Assembly: GCA_964016885.1 (NCBI GenBank)
Contig: OZ024742.1
Location: 196,478,001 to 196,542,000, forward strand
DNA: 64,000 nucleotides
Direction of reading: 5' to 3'
Source of the DNA: Eledone cirrhosa
Taxonomy: Eukaryota
Shown here: positions 54,301 to 64,000 of the stretch, one piece after another
Numbering within the stretch: the first letter of the stretch is position 1
How the letters are laid out: each line of letters opens with the position of its first letter
Notes under the pieces: generated by a model
The model's database searches: none
The model's input: the letters and a program-made list of their open reading frames with translations, nothing else
Told to the model about the DNA's origin: nothing
Translations under genes and position numbers: made by a program

Positions 54301-55250
54301 TTTCAGTACTCCTGATGCTCGGTTTCAGCACATACACATTGACCTCGTTGGACATTGGCCATTCAGCAGTGGATATTAATACATATTGACCTGTGTCGAT
54401 CATTTTTCGCGATGGCCTGAAGCCATCCCCTTACAAGATATGACTGCTGAGACTGTAGCACGTGCCCTGGTATCAGGGTGGATTACCCGCTTTGGGGTAC
54501 CAACTACAGTCACCACAGACCGTGGTAGACAATTCGAGTCCCATCTCTTCTCTGAGCTCACAAAGATAATTGGAGCTCAACGGATTCGGACCACAGCCTA
54601 TCATCCTGCTTCAAACGGAATGGTGGAACGATTCCACCGCCAATTAAAGGCCGCTCTTCGCGTCTATCCAGACTCTCAACGTTGGAGCGAGTACCTTTCT
54701 ATTGTGTTGTTAGGAATTCGGTCATCAATAAAGGAGGATCTGGGGGTTCTCCCCGGCCGAATTACTTTACGGTGTTCCTCTAGCGTTGCCTGGGCAAATG
54801 CTTGCCCCTGTTGATCTTGCTTTCCAAGATCCGCTTTCCTACGTATTCCGCCTGGGTTCTTATTTTCAGGACCTGCCGCAGATGGATACGAGGAAACAAA
54901 CTGTAAAACCTGCGGTCCCGAGGGATATTGCCTCGTGGACCCATGTGTTCGTAAGGAACGATGCTGTGAGACCACCCCTCACACAACCATACTCTGGACC
55001 CTACTGTGTATTAGCACGTACTGACAAACATTTCACTGTAGACATTAAGGGGTCCAGAGAGACAATTTCGGTGGATTGACTAAAAAGAGCACACAATGAC
55101 GCTCATACACCCGAGCCACAAATATCCCAATCTTTCTCTCTTGTGCATACACCTGCTCCTTCTGCCCCACCTTCATCTACATACAAAACCACGATCCGTT
55201 CCGGTCGGAGATTCCACTGGCCCAAAATGTTCTGCCAAACTGTTTTCATG
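51345..55250 (+). pseudogene. gag-pol (disrupted)
   Basis: Gag ..LFFSRLPTNVQAIL; PR FLVDTGAS; [36 protein letters not shown]; RH VDASD..TDHKPL; IN HHCC, HIDLVG, TDRGRQF, NGMVER, and a GPY motif. Confidence 0.92.
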
Positions 55251-56372
55251 TGAACTGGCCACTGGAGCCTTATTATTTTTTTTTGTTGTTCTTTTTATTT
55301 ATTTATTTATTGTATTACTATGTACCTCTCATTACCATTTCACTCGATGTATATATATATGTTTTTCGTTTCTTCTTACAACGAACATTTAAAAAAAAAA
55401 AAAAAGAAATTTGATTTTTTTTTTTACACATTTCAACATGAACACTTATTTTCGCTGAATCTCAACTATTGTTTATTCTTTCCGTCAAGCATTTTTCATC
55501 GTTCACAAAAAAGTTGAACTCGCCATATTTGTTATATCAAGTGAAGCCTTTCTTTCTTTTTCACATATTATCACGTTCACACACACATTTTTCAAAATGG
55601 CTGCCAACGACCTGTTGCACTATCATTTTCGCGCCATTTTCTCGCGCAATAGAATTTTTTTTTTTTTTCAACTTGTTTCGGCACGTGTGGGCAGCACACA
55701 TCTCGACTCACTGAGATAACACACGCCATAGATAATGTTTCTTGCCAAGGATTCTCCAGCCTTAAGCTATATTCTCATATTTGCCGGTTTAAAAATTTAT
55801 CGACTATCAACTGTGGCTGTTATTTCTAGCACTTTGCGCAACTCATTTTTTTCTTGGAAAATTTTTACTGTGAATTTAAACAGCATCGAATATGCTCACT
55901 CCGCGAGACAACAACATCAACAACAACAACACAGCTTCATCAACAACCAAAACCAGCAGAACAAGCCAGAGAATTTATTTTTGCAGCACTCTTCCTGTGA
56001 GAAAATCCCACCGAATTTCACGTTGTACCACAGTCTAGAGACCACCTGCATACATTCTCTGGAGGACACATTTTCTTTCCTGCTGTCATGTGATTGCACA
56101 CCTGTGAACTGTATTTGGAACATTTGAACTTTGACTTCATCTTTTACTTTGATTACATTGTATCTTTGAGTGATGGATAGATAGTTCTCTGGCCAAGAGC
56201 GGTTGGCTACCTTGATATCTATCATTGATTTTTGCATGCATATATTTTGCTGTTTTCCTTTTATTGCAAACACTATTTTTTTTCGTAATTTTCATGCCTG
56301 TAACATGCTCGCCATCTTACTCCATACATGGTTCATTCGATTTTTATATTTTAAAATTCTGGTGGGAGGTAA

Positions 56373-56862
56373 TGTAGCAAGAGTTGCCTCCCTTGTTATG
56401 ACAATCACATCACCGCTCTCTAGACAGGAAGTAGCTGGAGTTACTTCCCGTTGGGGTGGCATAACCCTTTTTGTCACTTCCGTCCGGAGACCCTATAAAA
56501 GGGACAGGTCAGAACGATCTCACCCTCTCGCCTCCTGAATCCCAAAGTGTTAACAACACCTGCGACCTTGTCATGAGATTACTCCTCTCTCATTTCCTTC
56601 GCCATCAAGAAGAAGAATTCCTCCCTCATTTCCTTCGCCACTCAAGAAGAATGCCACCGGCAGCCTAAGAAGATGTTAACACCTCCAAGAGAAGATCTCT
56701 GTTCTTCTCCACACACTTCAGCCTAGGAGTTGTGACCAACGGGTAACCATTTATTTATATTAATCCATTTGACTTCTGTGAAGTAAAACCTTGTCACAAC
56801 ACACCGGCATTTATTGTCATTTCTGGTAATGCATATATGTACACCGATACTAATCTCCTAAA
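56373..56862 (+). repeat. 3' LTR preceded by PPT (56361-56372)
   Basis: Direct repeat of 50383-50872; PPT GGTGGGAGGTAA. Confidence 0.95.
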
Positions 56863-56930
56863 TCATAAACTTGTTGAACTCCATGCCAGGCTTTTTGAGT
56901 GGTTTATTCCCTCTATGCATGTATGTATAT

Positions 56931-57049
<119 letters not shown>

Positions 57050-57226
57050 CATATATATATATCCTTCACTATAGTGGTTCTCTACCCCTTGTAAACGAAA
57101 ACATAACCCCTTCTTGTGTTTTCTTCTCTATATACTGTATTATTGAGAACCCGGTAATTTATTCCTTGAGCTCATAAAATTACTGGGATTAACGCGAGTC
57201 TTTAACTCTGTTTTTTTCAATATATG

Positions 57227-57307
<81 letters not shown>

Positions 57308-57316
<9 letters not shown>

Positions 57317-57849
57317 TAAACAAATAATGAATAAACAATTCCTTATATTAAACAAAAAAAGTTCATTATTTAACGATCGTTTCTAGGGTATATATGTGTT
57401 ATAATTGGTATGCATATTCAACAGATCTATGTACAAAATTATACAAAATTATACAAATTATCAAGATTAAATATACATACCTAACACATATATACGCCGT
57501 CTTCAGAAATAAATTATTTCTGAAGACGGCGTATATATGTGTTAGGTATGTATATTTAATCTTGATAATTTGTATAATTTTGTATAATTTTGTACATAGA
57601 TCTGTTGAATATGCATACCAATTATAACACATATATACCCTAGAAACGATCGTTAAATAATGAACTTTTTTTGTTTAATATAAGGAATTGTTTATTCATT
57701 ATTTGTTTAATATTTTATCTTGACTCTGTATACCGTTTATCTTTCACCGAAAGTGGATTTTCATTACATCTCTTCTTTCCATGATATCCGGAATACATTG
57801 AGTTCTTCATACGGATTGGACACTACCGTAAACTCTTGGTAGATTTATC

Positions 57850-57852
<3 letters not shown>
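57308..57852. repeat. Fold-back palindrome P3 (205-bp arms, 1-nt centre at 57513) plus about 130-nt extension
   Basis: 57308-57718 is self-complementary; the ORF track gives mirror ORFs; (TA)n lies on both sides. Confidence 0.95.
57513..57661 (+). ncRNA. Type I hammerhead ribozyme with ~115-nt stem-loop II (mirror at 57366-57512)
   Basis: AUUAUUU-CUGAAGA-c GGcGUAUAUAUGUGUUA...UAACACAUAUAUACcCU a-GAAA-C gauc G-UU/AAAUAAU. Confidence 0.75.
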
Positions 57853-57883
<31 letters not shown>

Positions 57884-57884
<1 letters not shown>

Positions 57885-60800
57885 TGGCTTAGAGCCACAG
57901 AGAGGGCCAGTGGATGATGGATCAGCTGTCTCTGAGACAAATATAAAGAGTGCAGTTTTGTCCTGCAGAAGAGCCATCAAAATGGGCACTTTGAATGTGA
58001 GGACTATTCGAACGCTGGAGAAGAGAGAGGAGTTGGGACATCTGTTCGAGGAGAGTGGTATACAGATACTTGCGATCCAAGAACACAGGATTCTACACGA
58101 TGAGCCCGTGAGGAGTGTGATGATCGGGAGGAAGAGCCAGCTCATCACTACATCGGCAGTGAAGAACACAACAAATGCTGCAGTAGGAGGAGTGGGTTTT
58201 GTGTTCAGTGCAAAAACCAATCTGTTGGTGAGGGAAATAATGCCTATCTCCCCGCGAGTGTTGAGGGGAACCTTCAATGGAAACCCAAGACTGACAGTCA
58301 TCTCAGCCTATAGTCCAACCGAGGGGGACAGTGATGTGAATGCGGAGGAGTTCCATGAGGAGGTGTGTAGAGCTGTCAACACCACTCAGGCACACAATAT
58401 CCTGCTTGTTTTGGGGGACTTCAATGCACATCTGAGTAAGGAGGGCAGTGAAGATCCTTGCTGGTACTTCCATAACAACACCAACCGAAATGGAAGACTA
58501 CTGAGAGACACCCTGCTGGAGGCGAACTTGATGGCGACCAACCTAAGGTTTAGGAAGAATCCGGGGAAGATGTGGACCTACATCTCAGATATGCACCTGT
58601 CCAAGTCCCAGATTGATTTCATTCTGGTGAGGAAAAAGTGGCGGAATAATGTTCTGAACACGGAACCATACAGCTATTTCAGTACACTGGGTAGTGACCA
58701 CCGGCTTGTTATGAGTGAGGTCCGCGTGAGCTTAAGAAAGAGCAAGGCTCAGCCCCGGAGAAATCTATGACTGGGGAGCTTTCAAGGAAGATGATAAGCT
58801 ACAGGAGAGGTTCACAGTGGAAGTGAGAAATAGTTTTAGTGCTCTGTGTGGAGAGTCAGAGGAGAGAGAGATTGGATGGACTGAGGAGAGTGTGACGAGG
58901 AGGTACGGGCACTTCACCAATGCAGTGGCAGTGGCGAAAGCAAGTGAAACCCTGGTGCCGAGGAAAAAGAACAAAGGGAAGCACGTCAGCTCTGCAAACC
59001 CAAAAGTGTGTGCAGCCAGAGAACACCTGAAAGCTGCCAGGGACCAATTCTATGCTGATCCTACGGAGGAGAGGATGGAGACTGTGGAGATGATGAGGGA
59101 AGAGCTCTGTACCGCTTACATTGAGGTCAGAGAGGAGGCACTGATAGAGAAGATCAGAAGTGTGGAGAGAGCGGTTGACAGATCTGGATGTAGGGAGAGC
59201 TGGATGATCATCAACGAGATCACAGGGAGGAAGAAAAGGTGTTCGAGTCAGATCCAGGGAACGGGGCCCGAGGATAGGAAGAGGAAATGGCTAGACCATT
59301 TTAGGACCCTACTAGGAGTGCCACCCTCCACAGCCCAGAGCACTGGGGAGATCAGGCGGCTGTTTGAGGAACTGGATGTTGAGACAGAGCCCTTCACCAG
59401 AGAGGAGCTTCAGAGAGCCAAGAAGAAGATCAAGGAGGGCAAGGCTCATGGAGAAGATGGAGTGGCATCAGAGATGATGAAGAGGTGTGATTTTGATGAT
59501 ATTATCCTGGGGTTCTGTAACGGGGCACTGGAGAAAGGAGTTGCCCCGAATCAGTGGAGGATCAGTAACATCGTCCCAGTGCCAAAGAAGGGAGATCTCT
59601 CTAACACCAACAACTACCGGGGGATCTCACTGACGTCACTTGTGGCAAAGACCCTCAACAGGATGATTCTTAACAGGATCCAGCCTGAGATGGAGAAGAA
59701 GCTCAGGGACAACCAGAACGGCTTCAGAGAGGGTAGATCAACCACCAGTCACATCCTGATGCTGAGGAGGATATTAGAGGGAGCTAGAGCAAAGTGCCTT
59801 CCTGCGGTCATGGTTTTCATTGACTTTAGGAAGGCCTTTGATTCTGTGGACCGTTACTGCCTGATGAAGATCTTACAGGCTTATGGAATCCCCAAGAGGA
59901 TAGTGGACCTGATATCACTGCTCTACACCAACACCAAAGCCCAAGTCATTACACCTGATGGGATGACAGAATTCTTTGAGATACTGGCTGGAGTGCTCCA
60001 GGGAGATACATTGGCTCCCTACCTTTTTATCATCGTAGTGGACTATTGTATGCGCCTTGCACTGGAGAAACACCAGGACTCTGGCTTTACTGTAGCACCG
60101 GCTCAGAGCAGAAGAGTTGGGGCGAAAAAGGTATCAGATGCTGAATTTGCCGACGACATAGTTTTGGTGACAAATACAGTGAAGGAGGCAGAGGATTTGA
60201 TGCGGGAGGTTGAGACTGTGTCGATGAGTGTGGGGCTGAGAATGAATGAGACTAAAACAAAATATCTGGTAGAGAATGTTGAGAAGCCAGAGGGGATCAC
60301 TAATGTAGGCGGGAAGCCGCTGGAATTGGTTGAGGACTTCCTGTATTTGGGAGCAAAGATTGGGAATACGGAAGATGATGTGGTTGAGAGGAAGAGCAAG
60401 GCCTGGGCGGCGTGTCACAGCTTGAGATCGGTGTGGAAGTCGGACCTTCGTAGAGACCTGAAAATCCGCCTCTTCATTGCTGTAGTGGAGTTTGTGCTGC
60501 TGTATGGGTCTGAGACTTGGACACTGACCAAGAGACTCACTCAGATGGTGGATGGGTGCTACACGAGAATGCTGAGGATGGCTCTGAACATTAATCAGTA
60601 TACACTGAGGATGAAAAACTCAGAGCTGTATGGGAGCATCCCAAAAGTCAGCTCAAAAGTGACACAGAGGAGACTGAGGTTGGCTGGACATGCTCACCGA
60701 CATCCAGAGTTGACATTGCACTCAGTGCTCCTTTGGGAGCCCCTACATGGACACACTAGAAGAGGAAGACCAAGGTTAACATATGTTGATGCCCTAAGGA

Positions 60801-60906
60801 CAGACACTGGTCTGTTGGAGATGCAGGATATGGCAGCGATAATGAGGGACAGAGACCGCTGGAGAGAACTCGTCCATGGATCTCGGGAATTTTACCCGCC
60901 TTAGAT
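57884..60906 (+). mobile_element. Second-family RTE-like LINE, nearly intact (one frameshift near 58765)
   Basis: APE GTLNVRT, IQEHR, GDFNAH, SDH (57910-58770); RT NYRGISL, FIDFRKAFD, GVLQGD, FADD, YLG and C-terminal RGRPR (58817-60904); (TA)n on both sides. Confidence 0.92.
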
Positions 60907-60997
60907 GTATATATATATATCTGTAAAAGGTAAACAGAAATAACAACAAAATTTGAAGGAATATATTTGGTTAATACTTGAAATAGCAGGAAGAGGG

Positions 60998-61033
60998 TCT
61001 TAACGTTTCAGACGCTAGTCCTTCATCAGAAGA
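60998..61033 (-). ncRNA. Minimal (dimer-type) hammerhead ribozyme in a ~260-310 bp repeat
   Basis: UCUU-CUGAUGA-a-GGAC uagc GUCU-GAAA-CG-UU/AAGA; degenerate copies near 33410, 37976 and 45207 (GAAA changed to AAAA). Confidence 0.75.
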
Positions 61034-61236
61034 AAGAATGAGAAATAAGATAGATTGGAGGGACGGGCGGGTTGGAATTGGAAAAAATGTCTTTAGATAA
61101 AAATAACAGGTCCATTCATGTTGATATCTCTTGGAAAACTGTTGGTGCTGGCGTTTTGTGTATGATTTATTTTTTTAGAAAAGTAGAAATGAAAAAAAAA
61201 AACGTTTTGGAAAAAGAGCTATACTTGTGCACGTAC

Positions 61237-61311
<75 letters not shown>

Positions 61312-61440
61312 ATGTCCGTACGAAGCCATGAGCAAAAGTATGTTAATATAAGGATGTGTATCGGTGTATACAGAGCTGTAAAGGGAAAAGTGGAGTGTGC
61401 ATATTTTGTCGGTCTGTATTATGGTAATGGATGGGTTATG

Positions 61441-61489
<49 letters not shown>

Positions 61490-61565
61490 AAATTAAGATA
61501 AATCAAATGAATTTAATCTAAATTAAAATTATGTGTGTCATGCCAGAAAGACATGCGCCATATCA

Positions 61566-61714
<149 letters not shown>

Positions 61715-61932
61715 AGGTACTTAAGTTTTGTTGGGTTATTCACCCCCAACTCATATGACAGGCTGAATGAGTTGAGGGTATATAATTCAACAAAACTTAA
61801 GTATCTGTACATGTCACTGTTATAACTAATACTACTAAATTGCTTGATGACGGTCGTGGGGTTCTCACACATGGCCTCACCAGCCACCCTACTACCGTGC
61901 GCAGCCCTAACAAGTGTTATTGCTGTTTACGC

Positions 61933-62117
61933 GGTGGATTGGCAGTATCGGTAGAGGGTCTGACGCCATGCTTTGCAGCACAGTTACGTCCCTTTACGGA
62001 GGACTGAGTTCAAATCCCGCCGAGGTTAACTTTGCCTTTCATCCTTACGGGGTCGATAAAATAAAGAACCAGTAATACACTGGAATAATTGCTGGCCTTG
62101 TGCCAAAAGTAGAAACA
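61933..62117 (+). mobile_element. Complete tRNA-derived SINE with 17-bp TSD
   Basis: GTTATTGCTGTTTACGC at 61916-61932 and 62118-62134; A and B boxes present. Confidence 0.9.
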
Positions 62118-62673
62118 GTTATTGCTGTTTACGCAGTTGTTTTCATATATATATATATATATAACGAAGGAAATGTGGTAAGGAACCAGGTGGACCATAA
62201 CGCACCAAAGTACTCAATACTTGAGGTAGTAGAGTGGGTAATAGGAACCAGTAAGACCCCGACAGCTGAGCTCAAGCCGTTTCGACGGCTAATTCTGGAC
62301 GATATGTATATATATATATATATATATAATGTATATATATATATATATACATTACTGACCAATTTTCATCAGCAGGATGTTATTGATGTCTGATGAATTT
62401 GGGCTTTATATTAATATTTGATGATGCGGTAATACAGATGCTTAAGCGAAGATTTTATCAGAGGTTAAGCTTAACTTAAGGAGATAATCTATTTTAGTGT
62501 GTTACTAGTTAGTCTATGTCTTTTACCTTCTATATAGTGTAGTGTCAGTTAATGTATGTCTTTATGACTGCAGCTGTTACAAGGAAAAACACATTATTCC
62601 TGAGATTCTGTGTTAATGTTGCAAATACGACATCAGCAACCTTGCAACAATTCAATATATATATATATATATA

Positions 62674-62869
62674 CAGATCAGAGCAAACAGCACGGACACT
62701 CTATCTCAAAATTATTTTTGAAAAGCATTTAGAAATGCGCAACCGGTAAAAACTTAAAAACTTAAAACCACAACTGAATACTAACCCATACAATCACTAA
62801 TACTCTTTTATTCCTAATTAAACCATTTTTCAACTGTGAACAATTTGTCAGCATTTTCTATTCCGTTTA

Positions 62870-62873
<4 letters not shown>
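62674..62873 (+). mobile_element. Solo copy of the P1 palindrome arm
   Basis: Nearly identical to 25082-25281; bounded by (TA)n on both sides. Confidence 0.9.
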
Positions 62874-62927
<54 letters not shown>

Positions 62928-62943
62928 CATACACACATGCACG

Positions 62944-62985
<42 letters not shown>

Positions 62986-63024
62986 AATATATATATATAT
63001 ATATATATATACTGTATATATATA

Positions 63025-63190
63025 TCATCATCCTCATCATCATCATCATCATCATCATTTAACGTCCATTATTCCATGCTAGCATGGGTTAGATCGGTTG
63101 TCCCATTAGAGGCAAGTTGGGTCAGATGACCGTGTCTTGCTCATGTATGACTGTTTCTGACTAGATTTCTATGGCTGGATGCCTTTCTTA
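63025..63190 (-). mobile_element. RTE 3' UTR terminus
   Basis: (CAT)n followed by TTTAACGTCC...GGCTGGATGCC; a plus-strand UTR piece lies at 63545-63760. Confidence 0.7.
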
Positions 63191-63370
63191 TATATATGTG
63201 ACAAGTTACTGGTTAAGACCAGTCAGACTATTATTCAATTTAGTATTCTATCTATACTTACAAGACGTAGAGTAAAATATTACAAGGATTTTCTGCTTTA
63301 TGGTTAAACTTTTACCATTTCAATTGCAAATTTTTCATTTGCTATTGAAACATTAAGAGCATACCAGTAG

Positions 63371-63472
<102 letters not shown>

Positions 63473-64000
63473 TGCTTGTGTCTGTATTTATGCCCTTTAA
63501 TATATATATATATACATATATATGTGTGTGTGTTTGCGTCTGTATGTGTAGGTATCCTTCCCACCAAAGCCCCTAGCCCACACTGTTAGGTGGTCGTGTA
63601 GATGTCATGAAAAAAAAGCACCCAATACTCATTGTATATGTGGTTGGTGTTAGGGAGTGCATCCATCAGTAGGAACGTAGCCAAAATCGGTTCTCTATGA
63701 GCAAGACATGATCATTTGACCCCGACTTGACTCAAATAGAACAACTCTTTCCATGATGATTATCATATATATATATATATATTTATGTTTATGTGACTGT
63801 CTGCCCATAAACTGTGGGCTTCTGTAGTTTCTGTTAACAAGTTCCACTCACAAGACAGTACTCAATAGGATGCCATAGTAGAAGACACATACCCAAAATT
63901 CCACACAGTGGGACAAAACCCAGAACCATGAGGCTGTAAAGCAAACTCCTTTACCACATAGACATGCCTACACTTCATGCATTGCTTGATATGAGACAGT

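Larger units (their letters stand above)
50383..56862 (+). mobile_element. Full-length Ty3/Gypsy LTR retrotransposon, CsRn1-like clade, defective
   Basis: 490-bp LTRs, TSD TCAT, tRNA-Trp PBS, PPT, gag with a CWYH..C..PC (CHCC) motif, and domain order PR-RT-RH-IN. Confidence 0.95.

Overview
Repeat-saturated, AT-rich eukaryotic DNA with no host gene I can support. The repeat inventory suggests a cephalopod such as Octopus (inference). Contents: about 12 copies or fragments of RTE-clade LINEs, including one with an uninterrupted 956-aa APE-RT-PHD ORF and a second near-intact family; R4/Dong-type RLE LINEs; a full-length CsRn1-like Gypsy LTR element; hAT transposase relics; TTAA MITEs; a Helitron/HINE-like element; tRNA-derived SINEs; and abundant (TA)n, (CA)n, (TATG)n and (GAT)n microsatellites. 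The main unexplained signal is a set of short non-coding elements sitting in (TA)n tracts. They belong to roughly 7 mutually dissimilar families, and together carry about 14 type I hammerhead ribozyme (HHR) motifs. Several are arranged as 90-570 bp near-perfect fold-back palindromes with a one-sided extension. One copy starts at its own predicted self-cleavage site, and one is absent from a paralogous empty site in the same window. This looks like a Penelope/retrozyme-like, ribozyme-processed, microsatellite-targeted non-autonomous retroelement system. All alignments and folds were done by eye; identities and mismatch counts are approximate.
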